Shown piece by piece: positions 51,301-63,537 of a DNA stretch of 64,000 bases (positions are counted from its first letter, which is position 1; every line of letters begins with the position of its first letter). The stretch spans positions 62,001 through 126,000 of the forward strand of contig JANJGN010000926.1 in NCBI GenBank assembly GCA_026770705.1. Reading direction: 5' to 3'. The translations under genes and the position numbers were made by a program. The stretch comes from Isurus oxyrinchus (lineage: Eukaryota). The notes beneath the pieces are model-generated. The model had not been told where the DNA came from, searched no databases, and saw nothing but the letters and a program-made list of their open reading frames with translations.

Positions 51301-52032
51301 AAGAATCACTTCATTGGCTGTGAATCAGTTTAGGATCGTCCTGAGGTGGTAAAAGGCGCTATGGAAATGTGAGACTTACTTTTGTATTTTGAAAGCAGGT
51401 TTTCAAGGATGAGATGGGAACTGAGAGGTAACAACAATCAGCAGCAACTTTCCTATTTTCAAACTTGGTGGGGAATGTGTCACTGAGCTGAATACACTTT
51501 CACTCCCAGACCCTTGAATTGCCAACACCGGGGTGTGGGTGATGGAGCAGTCCACAGCTCATGGAACCCTGGCTCATCATTCTCTCAGAGATCTGGGTCA
51601 CTGATCCCATTGCTCTCTGTGGGAGCTTCCTGTGTACAAACTCACTGCCACGTTAGACAGTGACTATACTTCAAGAATTTCTTCATTGTCTGTGAAGTGA
51701 TTTGGTACATGCTGAGGTGATGAAAGACGCTATAGGAATGCAAGTCTTTACTTTGTCGATTTGTCAGACTTTTAAACAGGATTAGAGAGACTGATGGGAG
51801 TGGATAACCTGATAGCATTGATGGACACAGTCAATACATTTAATCATTGATATTAAAGTGATTATTAGAGGTTGCTTTAAGACTGAACTGGAAGCAATCA
51901 CCAGGTTATTGAGAATCAGACAGTGTGTAAAAATAAGCTGTGTTTTGTGTTAATATGTAAACGTCACAGTTTGTGTTATTTCCCATTGAGTGTTGAATGT
52001 GAATTGTTGAGTAATTATAACACAGCACTTAC

Positions 52033-52401
52033 CAGAAATGTGAAGCTGGGTTTCAGGGTAATAGTTATGGCTCGGACCATTGTCAAATTCTATTCTGAAA
52101 TAATAAGGTCCTGCATCTTCCCGTCTGATGTTGTTTATAATCAGGGAACAGTCGCCATCTTTCAGGTCTCCAGACAGCCGGGTCCGATGGCGGAACCGTG
52201 GTAACTCGTGACTGTGATCCTTGGAGTGAAAGGCAATGGGAGCCCAGGGAATCTGTTTCTCATTATTAAACCAGACTCCACCTCGCGGTTGGTTTTCCAA
52301 ATGTGATGGATAACTGTAATGACATGGAATCTGTACACACGAGCTTTCATGAGCTGTCACCTCTCGTGGAGTGTCACCTTTCCACTCTTGTGACAGTCCA
52401 A
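52033..52401 (-). CDS. Siglec-like A V-set exon 1 (essential Arg present)
   Basis: 369 nt, phase 1-1: VGLSQEWKGDTP...SSCVQIPC...GDCSL...DAGPYYFRIEF. Confidence 0.92.
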
Positions 52402-53281
52402 CTGGGGAGAGAAATATCAATATTTAACTCTGGATGTTTTTTCGATCCACTAGACTTGATATGTACTCCCTCCATCACTAGGGCACAGTGGCTGCAGTGT
52501 GGACCATTTACAGGACACACAAGGAAATCCCCAAGGTTTCACAATGGATGGAAGAGAATCCTGGACACAGGAGTGGACTAGTTGATTCTACATTGGCTCA
52601 TGGTCCTCAGGACCCTGTTTAGTTTTTTCAAATTACTCATTCATATCATTTATTACCCATCCCATGTCTATCAGAGGTATTTAAGATTCAACCACATTGC
52701 TGTGGGTTTGGAGTGACATGTCCTCCAGACTGGGTAAGGGTGGCAGATTTCCTTCCCTATAGGTGATCAGTGAACCAGGCTTTTTAATCCCATTCATCTG
52801 CCGTGATGGGATTCACATCCAGGGCCCCAGAGCATCACCCTGGGCCTCTGGAATACTAGCCCAGTGACAATACCTCTCTGCTACCGCTTCCCCTTAGTGA
52901 AGCCAGTCTTCCACCCAACACAGTGTCTACAAGACCCACCAATTGAGATCCATTCAGTGCTGATTTACAAGACAGGACAATGGATTAGGAGCCCTCAGAA
53001 CTCCCCCCATTATCACCGTCATGAATCACTAATTAGCCTAACATTCCTGTCTGCTCTTCAACACAGCTGATTGGCTAATCTGATTCAATCTGATTGGTGT
53101 TCATTCCCTCTTCAATGTTTAAGGAATCACCAATCACTCGGCCTCTAGTTATTCTCCTGCCCACAAGAGGGAACATTCTCTCTCTACCCAGTCAATCAAA
53201 ACCTTTCATCTAATCCTAGTGGTGCTTGAGTATATAGTCGGGAATCCAGGGCAATGGAGCCTCAGGAGAAGAGATGGAAAC

Positions 53282-53756
53282 CCTGTGAGGTGGAACGTCA
53301 CTGAGGCCATCCGAGTTGAAGCGACTTTTGGAGAGAATTCCAAGGCAGGATGTACGAAGTTGAAGACTGGAATCCCTCATGAGAGAAACAGAGTTTCAGT
53401 GAGATTGGTTGACTGACAGTGTTCACTGATGTCCGGGTGGGTTGTTGTGAAATCCATGGGCTCTGTCTTGGTTGCGTTTACAATTTAATGAGTAATGTGG
53501 CTGTGAGACCACAGTTTGCCTGTTAATTCACATGAGCTCATATTAATCCAGAATGTTAGGGTATAAGGTGGATATTGTAAATTATTTTATCTTTCTGAGC
53601 TGGTGCAGTAAAGTTTATTTTTGTTTGTTTAAAAGCCATGGAAACTCTGTTTCTCTCATGAGGGATTCCAATCTTCAACTTCGTACATCCTGCCTTGGAA
53701 TTCTCTCCAAAAGTCGCTTCAACTCGGATGGCCTCAGTGACGTTCCACCTCACAGG
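53282..53756. repeat. 116-bp near-perfect inverted repeat (MITE-like or foldback)
   Basis: 53282-53397 versus 53641-53756, one mismatch seen, 243-bp spacer. Confidence 0.9.
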
Positions 53757-53875
53757 AATCTTGTAGCTTTATTCTCTTCGCAGGCGTCTTAAATCTCAAA
53801 CCTCGTCTCCTTGAAACAAAACATTACTTGTTCCTAACTGTAAATTACCAAAAAAAATTGGTTTCTGTTCCTCCA

Positions 53876-55116
53876 TCAGCAACTCTTCAGAATCCTGCTG
53901 AAGTCACGGATATTTCAGAAGGACAGGGAACAAGAGGTTTCTGGTATCAGCGTTTTGTGTGGGGCCCAGTTCAGTTTGAACAAATAAACAACACCATCTT
54001 TGAAAGTCATGAACCCACCACAGCGGCACCTCCGACACATGCAGAGCTCAGGCGAGAGGCGCTTTGTTAGTGTGTTTCACAGGGTCTGCTGGAGTAGGGT
54101 CAGTGCTGAGAGGGTCTGCTCAAGGATCATAACAATCTGGACTTGCACCTTCCAAGTAATAAGATTTTGTAAATGTATTCATTCATGGGATGTGGGCGTC
54201 GCTGCCAAGGCCAGCATTTGCTGCCCATCTCTAATGTCCCGTGACATAATCTCTGTAGCAGAGTAGAGACAATCATGATCACTCAGGATATTTGACATCT
54301 ATCCACATGAGCAGCTTTACCTTCCTTCTCTCTTTCAGTTATCTTACTCCCTTATTGAAGTTTCTAGCATGGTGAGAACTGGATGGTTTGCTCGGACATT
54401 TCAGAGGAACCACGTTGCTATGAGTCTGGAGTCACATGTAGGCCAGACCAGATATAGACGGCAGATTTCCTTCCCTAAAGGCCATTAGTGAACCAGATGG
54501 GTGTGTATGACAATCGATGATAGTTTCATGGTCTCCATTACTGAGACTAACTCCCATTAGTGTAAACAGAGTGAACAGTTTTCCATTGATCCCACCTTTC
54601 CCGTTCTCTCCGGTATTTTACACACTATTGCTCGATAATTTGATTCTGCCAAGGACCCCTTGGAAAATCATGGACCCCAATGGAATAAGGAATCTCTTTG
54701 GATCCTCATTGTCTGAGGAATCTCTTTGGATCCTCATTGTCTGAGGAATCTCTTTGGATCCTCATTGTCTGAGGAATCTCTTTGGATTCTCATTGTCTAA
54801 GGGATTATTTCTGATCCAAACCCCATATTGTTGTATTGTTGATTCCGATGCAGCATTGTAGACTGACTTGTCCCCAAGCTCAGCACTGACCCTACTCCAG
54901 CAGACCCTGTGAAACACACTAACAAAGCGCCTCTAGCCTGAGCTCTGCATGTGTCGCAGGTGCCGCTGTGTTGGGTTCATGACTTTCAAAGGCGCTGTTG
55001 TCATTTTTTTTGTTCAAACTGAACTGGGCCCCACATGAAATGCTGATACCAGAAACCTCTTGTTCCCTGTCCTTCTGAAACATCTGTGATTCAGCAGGAT
55101 TCTGAAGATTTGCTGA
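53876..55116. repeat. ~235-bp diverged inverted repeat enclosing a 28-bp x4 tandem (54688-54800)
   Basis: 53876-54110 versus 54879-55116 (reverse complement). Confidence 0.85.
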
Positions 55117-55989
55117 CAAGGGTCTTAAATTGTCTGATTGTTGAATGAAACAACACAGGAGGAGCTCATTTGACTCATCGTGCATGTGCTGGCTCTTTCC
55201 CAATTCCTCTCCAGCACCTTTCACACAGCCCTGCAAATTTCCCTTCAAGTATTTATCCAGTTCCCCTTCTGAAAGTTCCTGTTGAATCTGCTTCCACCGG
55301 CCTTTCAGGCAGTGAGTCAATGGTCTCTCTCTGAGCTGCAAAGTGCTCAGATTCTGTGAAATTTAAACTCTGCTGCAGATCAGACACAATCATGATAACT
55401 CAGAATATTTGACAGTTTTACACACGGACAGCTTTACCTTCCTTCTCTCTTTCAGTTATCTTGCTCCCTTATTGAAGTATCTAGCATGGTGAGAATGGAC
55501 AGGAAGTGTGACACTGAACAGCCTGTCTATTCTAGGAGCTGCTGTGTTGTCTTCATGGGAAATTTTGAATAAAGGCAGCAAAGGATACAAATTTCAGACC
55601 ATTGCTATCGGAGACCTCACATTAGGATAGGCTTCACCCCCAAGGTTTTATCCCTGCTTCTCTACTCAACCCATCAATCCCCATCGCTCACTGACCAACG
55701 TCTGACAGCACCTGAATTTTAAGATTCTGCTCTCGCTGCTACAACCCTGCCTATCCCTGTACACTCCTCCAGCCCCTACAACCCTCCAAGGCCTCTGCTC
55801 TCCTCCAATTCTGCTGTGAGACAGGGAGTCAGTGTATATCAGTGAGCACAGGGGTGATGGGTGAATGGGACTTGGTGTGAGTTTGTACACTGGGTCACTG
55901 CTAAATCAGTTCCCAATTAGAGGTCAATAAGAATGATCTTTTACAAAGACTATTAACCATAAATCTGTCCGAGCTGACAATGGTATTAC

Positions 55990-56029
55990 CTTGGAGAAGT
56001 GACAGGAGGAAGTATGATTTACCGATCAT
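55990..56029 (-). CDS. Siglec-like A signal-peptide exon (coding part; exon 55990-56071)
   Basis: Acceptor ctctttcag; MIGKSYFLLSLLQ+G|gtaata. Phase-1 join to V1 gives MIGKSYFLLSLLQVGLS-QEW. Confidence 0.85.
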
Positions 56030-56462
56030 TGTCCACTCCCAGATATTTCCTCAGCTTATAACTCTGAAGTTCTGAAAGAGAAAGGAGTTAATGAGACTTC
56101 ACCTCTTGTCCGAATGCTCTCGAGAGATCAGAACTGCTTTTAGACAATATCTTCACAGACTAATTTGATTCTTTGTGGGATGATAGGTGCTCTGCAGAGA
56201 GGTACAAGTCTTTCAGAAAGAAAAACAATGAAGGACTTGCATTTCTATAGCACCTTTCACCACCTCAGGATGTCCCCAAGCTCATGTCCCTTGAGCTAGA
56301 AAGATGTTCTGTACAACAGACTTGAGCCTCACACCCAGATCTCAATAATCAGTAGAAATCTTTCAAAGGCATCAATCATTGGAATCTGTCTTTATAAAGT
56401 CACAACATCAACAAAGGACGGTGTTGGTGGTGGAAGTGAATTCCAATCGTTCCGTTACTTAC

Positions 56463-56550
56463 CCAGGACCTGTCCGACTGCTCGCCTGGGGAGGAACTGC
56501 CCACACGCTCTGCTTGGGCTGAATGACCTCTTCCTGTGCTGCTCCCTCTG
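56463..56550 (-). other. Candidate non-coding first exon of Siglec-like A
   Basis: Strong donor TGG|GTAAGT at 56462; GC-richer segment with an ETS-like caggaag motif. Confidence 0.4.
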
Positions 56551-57259
56551 TGTATTTAATTAGAAAGAGCTGATGTATCTCTGTGAGACAAAATGAGGAA
56601 GTTGGAACAAAGTGACAGAACAGCACTTTGCTGTGCACTGTCAGTAAACCCTGTGTCTGTATAAGGATATAAGAACATTACAAGTAGGATGTGTTTTTTC
56701 TTGAACTTACTAATGAAATTGGTGCAATGAAAGGGGCTTTTATTGTTCGAAGAGCTGGAGTTCAGAAGACCGAGTGATACAATGGAAAATTTACTTTCAA
56801 AGGGAAAGCTAGCTATATAAAGGAAGGAGCTTGTGTGTGTGAGGCAGGAGCATTTCAGACCTAACCAGCCTGTAGCCTCCAACCAACTAGCAAAGGAACC
56901 TCATTCAGAACTCGTATTGTCAAATGTGCTTTGCCTGGTGTCTATATTATGTCAATGGTTCATTGTTGCCTTAGTAGAGATTTACGTCGGGGTGATTAAT
57001 TGGGGATTTGTTAAAAATTTATTATAGTAGTTATTTGTAGCCAATGTGTATGTGTTAAATTTGTTGTTAAATTAATAAATGGTTTATTTAGTTTTATATA
57101 AAAAAACTCAAAAGCCTCGGTCGTCTTATTCCTGCTGAATTCAAAGTCTTCATCTTGAAATTACAATCAGCAAAATAGGGTTATGACAGTTGTTTCAATT
57201 TTCCCTCTGGGATTTGAACAACTCAGCCTTTACCCTTGGCTGTGTCCTAGTCCCTAATA

Positions 57260-58905
57260 CACCACGTCTACAGGTTCCACTTTATCCAATCCACTTGTTA
57301 CATCCTCGAGGAAATCTAATTATTTTTTCAAACATGATATCCCTTTCACAAACCCATGTTGACTCTGTCTGATTGAATTATGGATTTCTAAATGTCCTGC
57401 TGCTCCCTCCTTCATAATGAATTCTGGTATTTTCCCAATGACAGATATTAGACTAACTGACCTGTAGTTTCTTGCTTTCTACCTCCCCCCTTTATTGAAC
57501 AGAGGTGTTTCATTTATGTTTTTCCAATCCGCTGGGACCTTCCCATAATCTAAGGAATTCCGGAAGATTACATCCAATGCATCCACCGTCTCTGCAGCCA
57601 TTTCCTTTCAGACCCTCACATTCAGGCCGTCTGCTCCATGGGACTTGTCAGCATCTGTCTCATTAGTTTTCTTAATACTTTTTCTCTGGTGATAGTGATT
57701 GTTTTATGTTCCTCCCTCCTTGTTGCACCGTGACTTTCTCCTGCTATTGGGATGGTTTTAGAGATTTTTACTGTGAAGACAGACCCAAAATTCTTGTTGA
57801 AAGTCTCTGTCATTTCCTTGTTTCCCATTATTAATTCCCCAGTCTGATTTTCTATGTGTCCCATTATTACTGGAGCTTCTCTCTTATTTTAATGTACAAC
57901 ATCTCACTGTCATTGTTTATGGTTCTTGCTAGTTTACTCTCATATCATCATTTCTGCCTCCTTATATTTCTCCCCTCACTTTTCTGGTTTCTCAAATATT
58001 CCCAATCTCCAGCCTATCACTAAGCATCCCAACATTGCCGGCTTTATCTCACAATTGGATACCGTCCTTAGCTTCCTGAGTTAGCCGCCGATGCTCCATC
58101 CTTTTTATAGATTCTTTCTTTCTTACTGGAAAATATTGTCATTGGCATTTATGAACAATCTCTTTAGACACCTGTTACTCTTCATCTCCCACTGCCCCCC
58201 CCTTTAACCTGCTGTCCCACTCTACTTGGGCCGACTCTACTTTTAACCCTTGTAATTGTCTTTAGATAAGTTTATGACACTAGTTTCAGACCCAAGTTTC
58301 TAATTTGAATATTAAATTTCAATACCGTAGGATTACTCTTCCCTTGAGGGTCCTTTACAATGAGATGTTAATTAGTCTTGTCTCAGTAACATTGCCTGGT
58401 CTAAAACAGCCTCTTCGCTGCTTTGTTCCATGTTGGATTGTTCTCAAATACTGTCCTGAATACAATCTGTATAACCTCGCTGAAAGCTACATTTGCTAAT
58501 CTGATTTGTCTAATCTATACGCCGATTGAAAACTGCCATGGTTAATGTGGTGCCTTTCTCATAAACCTCCTCATGTATTGATTTATAATCTATCCCTGCA
58601 GTGTAACCACTGTCAGGGGGGAGTATAAACCAAGCCATCAGAGATTTCTTTCCCTTGCAATTCCTTATATTCACCCAAACTGACTGTGCATCTTGACATC
58701 TGAGCCAAAATCATTTCTCACTACTTCAGAGGTCTCATCTTTTATTGAGAGAGCTACCCCATCTCCTTTTCATTTTTCCTATCCTTTCAAAAAGTCCAAA
58801 TATCCTTCAATTTTCAATTTCCATCCTTGGTCACCTTGCAACCAACTCTCTGCAGTGTCCATCTTATCGTACCCATTAATCTCTATTTGTGCTATGACTT
58901 AATTC
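57260..58905 (-). mobile_element. Old CR1 LINE fragment
   Basis: Degenerate ORF2 homology (GELIMGNKEMTETFNKNFGSVFT). Confidence 0.7.
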
Positions 58906-58934
58906 ATTTTGTTCCAAGTTTATGTTTTATATAT

Positions 58935-59670
58935 TCATTCGTCCATGGGAAGTGGGCATCACTGGCTAGGCCAGCATTTATGGCCCATCCTTAATTACCT
59001 TGAGAAGGTGGTGGTGAGCTGCCTTCCTGAACCTCTGCAGTCCATGTGGTGTAGGTACACCCACAATGCAGTAAGAGAAGGAAGTCCAAGATTTTGACCC
59101 AGTGGCAGTGAAGGGACGGCGATATATTTCAAAATCAGGATGATGTGTGGCTTGGAGGGGAACTTCCAGGTGGTGGTGTTCCCCTATGCCTGCTGCCCTT
59201 GTCCTTCTCAATGGCAGAGGTTGTGTGTTTGGAGGGTGCTGTTGAAGGAACCTTGCTGAGTTGCTGAAGGTCATGTTGTAGATGGGACACACTGCTGCCA
59301 CTGTGCATTGACGATGGAGGGAATGAGTGTTGCTGTGGTTGAGGGGGAGCCAATCAAGCGGGGCTGCTTTGTCCAGGGTGGTGTCGAGCTTCTTGAGTGT
59401 TGTTGGAGCTGCACTCATCCAGGCAAGTGGAGAGTATTCCATTCACACTCCTGCCTTGTGCTATGTTGATGATGGACAGGATTTGAGGAGTCAGGAGGTG
59501 AGTTACTCACCGCAGGATTCCCAGCCTCTGAGCTGCTCTTGTAGCCACAATGTTTATGTGGCTGACCCAGTTCAGATTCTCGTCAATGGTGACCCCCAGG
59601 CTGTTAACAGTGGGGGATCCAATGATGGTGCTGCCATTGAATGTCAAGGGGAGATGGTTAGATTCTCTCT
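58935..59670 (-). mobile_element. HER1/CR1-like LINE 3' fragment
   Basis: MEYSPLAWMSAAPTTLKKLD; same family as 32795-33866 and 63065-63520. Confidence 0.85.
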
Positions 59671-61283
59671 TGTGTGCATTCAGATTAAGAACCTTTCTGT
59701 CTTTTCCCCATTTCCCCTACTCTGACCTTATTTGCTGGGACACTGGTTGATGCTGGTTTCAGTCTCAGTTTGTCTCAGTTGGTCACACTCTGGCCTCTGT
59801 CTCGAGACTGATGTTCCCTGTTGGTAGTGACAGTGATGGGGGTGTTGGGGAGGGTGTGTATATTGACCCCACTGGTCCCCCTCCCCTGCTCCGCCATTCT
59901 GTCCTGGGAGACCCGCCAGGATCCTTGTTCCAGCTGTGATGGGCAGCCCTTCCACACTTGCCTGTGGGCCCCGCACTTCATGTGTAAAAGCGCTAAGTTA
60001 GAGCGGGGATGGAGAAATGAACAGGGGGCGTGGGATGAGTGTGGGGGTCTCACAGCCAGAACTGACCCTGCCCTTAACTCTGTGGAGGGGGGGAGGTTTC
60101 ACCAGCTCTCTGTCTTTGCAACATCATAACCGCAGTGTGAAGATTGTCCCCATTCCCTGTATCTTAATAATATTGTAAAGACAACTGGGAGATGTCCTGC
60201 AGTCTCTGAGAAAGAATTTGGTGCACCTACAGCACCACCACTGGCAAGAGAGTGTAAGTACAGTGTGACATGTTTACATGGGAAATTTTCATGATAAATG
60301 TGGACACAGGAATTTACATAATTTGGTGGGGGAAATGCAATGACATGAATTAACAGATTGGAGCAGGAAGGTTGTCCCAGAGTAAGATGTTTAATAAAAA
60401 TATATCTGTACAGAGTTGTCTGGGCATTTCAATCCCTTGTGACAATAAATGTAATATTATAGAAAATGCAAAAGCTTCTTGTAATCTATCACAGAATAAA
60501 CAAGTTGCAGAATTCAGAAAGCACATTCTGAAATGTTAACAAAGTTCAATGACGTCACATTTCTGCTAATTACTATTCGGCCATGTTGGCTGCACGCAGT
60601 CAGGCAGTCCCTCGGTTGTGATGTGTCCACACAGCAGGACTGGGATGCATCAGCATCAAAGGACATGCTTAGTTGTTGCTGTGCAATGCATTTATTGTGA
60701 GCCTGTTGCACACACGCCCTGTCGAAGGAGCATCCATGGTTCCATTCTGAATTGAGGCAGATCAAATTTACTACAACAACTTGCATTTATATAGCACACA
60801 TAATGTAGCAAGCTGTCCCAAAGCTCTTCAGGGGATTGTTAACCACATATAAATCCATCGCTGAGACACATAATGAGATATTAGGGACAGGTGACCAAAA
60901 GCTGAGTTAACAAAGGCAGTTAATAAGGACCNNNNNNNNNNNNNNNNNNNNNNNNNNNNNNNNNNNNNNNNNNNNNNNNNNNNNNNNNNNNNNNNNNNNN
61001 NNNNNNNNNNNNNNNNNNNNNNNNNNNNNNNNNNNNNNNNNNNNNNNNNNNNNNNNNNNNNNNNNNNNNNNNNNNNNNNNNNNNNNNNNNNNNNNNTCCC
61101 CAATGACTTAGCATCAAGTCGTCACTGGGGAAACATTTCATTCCAAACCACACCAACCACAGATCCATTCAGTCCCTTCCTCCCTCTCTCCCCCTCTCCC
61201 CCAGTGGGTTGTCTCATGTTCCCAGGAAACTTAATCTCTGCCCCCACCCACAAACCTCCTCACCCCCACTCCCCGTTTCACAC

Positions 61284-61532
61284 TCAGTTTCGCTTGAATC
61301 TGATCTGTGCTGAATCTGTCTCCTCTTCCCTGTGGACAGACCCATCACCACTGGGCACCCTGAAGACTTGGGGATTGGCATAGAGAAAGTCCGCGGGATT
61401 GTCAGGGTTCCCATGTCCAACATCGCCTCCCACTGGACCTTCAGAGAGACCCCGGGGAGCTGGGGTCTCCCCCTCGCTAGTTGTGTCTCTGGTTGTGTTC
61501 CGGGGCTCAGTAATCAGCACGTTCTGTTTACC
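61284..61532 (-). CDS. Paralogous Siglec-like terminal cytoplasmic exon B with degraded Tyr motifs
   Basis: 249 nt, intact frame: ...ADFLYANPQVF...EETDSAQIRFKRN* versus LFYANI and TEYAQI in gene A. Confidence 0.75.
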   Translation of the reverse strand, partial: GKQNVLITEPRNTTRDTTSEGETPAPRGLSEGPVGGDVGHGNPDNPADFLYANPQVFRVPSGDGSVHREEETDSAQIRFKRN

Positions 61533-61953
61533 CTACAGAGAAATGGAAACAGAAGACATCCTCACATCATTTACTGGCACTGATAGGGTTAAATTATTGT
61601 GCAGCGTCGTTAGTGTCAGTCGTGGCTCAGTGGGTTTAACCCTCTCTCATGTCATCTGAAAGAAACCACCTATGGCAGTGCAGTGCTCCCTCAGTACTGA
61701 CCCTCTGATAGTGCAGCACTTCCTCAATGCTGACCCTCCGACAGTGAAGCACTCTCTCAGTACTGACCCTCCGACAGTGCGGCACTCCCTCAGTACTGAC
61801 CCTCTGTCAGTCTCGCACTCAATCGGTAATGGCTCTGGTGAGTGACGGCTTGGATTCTGCACTCAGGTGCCTGGTGTGAGGCTCAATAACATGAATCTTG
61901 TAATCAGAGAGAGGATGAGAGAGAGGGATAGAGATGAAGGGACAGAGACAGAG

Positions 61954-62710
61954 TGTTATGAATCTTTTAATGTATGTAATGTAATTGGAAATGGTCTATT
62001 TAAAAAGAGGTTTAGTCTGTGGGTGTGTTTGTGTGTGTTTCAATTGGATTAAAGCCAGCCAGTCTGGGTACTTTGATGTATAGTAGTTTTGAGATGTAAA
62101 CAATGAGGTAAAGTGGTAATTTGCATTTTTAAATAGAGCATTCAATGTCTGGGGGTGAAATCTTAAACCAATCAACATTTATATTAAGAATAAAATTGAG
62201 ACAATGAAAGGGGATTTATTGTTAGAAGAGGTGGAGTTCAAAGGTCCTGATGATACAATGAGAATTTACATTCAAATAGAAGTGCTGGGTATAACTTGAG
62301 CAGTTTTGTGTGTGCAGAGCAGAGGCTTGTAACATCAAAGCAGCTGTAAGCCTTCACCTGTCTGCAAAGGAACCAAAGTGAAAGGAACCTCATTTGGAAT
62401 TTGTGAGGTGAAAATGCTTTGCTGGAATCTGCTTAAATTCTATGGGTTATCTTAGAGGAGATTAGTTTGGGAATTTGTTAAAAAGTTATGATAATACTAG
62501 TTTGTAGCCAAGCGCATATGTTTAACTAGTGCAAATTAATAAATGCTTCATGTAGTATGATATAAAACCATCCCGAGAACTGGTGGTCTTATTCCTGAAT
62601 TTAGAGCTGCATCTCAAACATTCCACTGGGAAATATAGGTTATGACAGTTGTTTAAAGTTTCCCTCTGGGATTTTAAACAACAGCCTTTACCAGTTGCTG
62701 TGTCATAACA
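61954..62710. mobile_element. Solo-LTR-like insertion
   Basis: TGTTATGA...TCATAACA termini; absent from the paralogous intron of gene A; related sequence at ~56600-57250. Confidence 0.65.
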
Positions 62711-62845
62711 GAGAGACAGCATGATACTGAACCATTGCTGACTCCACAGGTACAAATCAGTGGGTAACTGGGCTGGGAATCTGGGACACGTGTTGTCTAC
62801 ACACTGAGGTTGAAGCTTTGGAGTGAGTGTAAACAGCTCCTGTAC

Positions 62846-62927
62846 CTGGTGCTTCACAGAGAGTGGACTGGGGGTCAATGCAATGTCACTGGTCCCTGAA
62901 ACTCTCTCCTCCATCGCTGTCTTTCTC
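62846..62927 (-). CDS. Paralogous juxtamembrane cytoplasmic exon B
   Basis: 82 nt, RKTAMEERVSGTSDIALTPSPLSVKHQ, splice sites intact. Confidence 0.75.
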
Positions 62928-63064
62928 CTGAAATAACACAATAACACACTGTGGTTATCATATAGCAGTGAGTCAGTGCAGCACAGACACAGAGCCCACT
63001 GTAACCTTACACCAACGACTGGACTGTCACTTTCAATCACTTCTACACAAAGCACAGAATCTAG

Positions 63065-63525
63065 AATCTCGACACCATCCAGGACAAAGCAGCTCGATTG
63101 ATCGACACCCCATCCACCACATTAAACATTCACTCCCTCCACCATGAACACACAGTGGCAGCAGTGTGTGTACCATCTACAAGATGCACTGCAGCAACTC
63201 AGCAAGGCTCCTTCAACAGCACCTTCCAAACCCACGACCTTTACCATCTAGAAGGACAAGGGCAGCAGACACATGGGAACACCACCACCTGGAAGTTCCC
63301 CTCCAAGTCACTCACCATCCTGACTTGGAAATATATCACCGTTCCTTCACTGTCGCTGGGTCAAAATCCTGGAGCTGCCTCCCTAACAGCACTGTGGGTG
63401 TACCTACACCACATGTACTGCAGTGGGTCAAGAGGGCAGCTCACCACCACCTTCTAAAGGGGCAATTAGGGATGGGCGTTAATGCTGACATCACCAGTGA
63501 CAGCCACATTCGATGTAAGAATTAA
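63065..63525 (+). mobile_element. HER1/CR1-like LINE 3' end
   Basis: CTIYKMHCSNSARLLQQHLPNPRP...; tail gggcaattagggatggg. Confidence 0.85.
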
Positions 63526-63537
63526 AAATCTCACAGC

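Noticed and set aside
35053-56029. Assigning a specific symbol (MAG, CD22, SIGLEC1, CD33) to gene A
   Set aside because: Domain count and tail match none of them exactly; orthology needs a phylogeny.
25935-61096. Multiple N runs of 130-250 nt
   Set aside because: Flanked by CA/GA tracts and placed where paralogous units have microsatellites; probably masked or unresolved simple repeats. Hidden content cannot be assessed.
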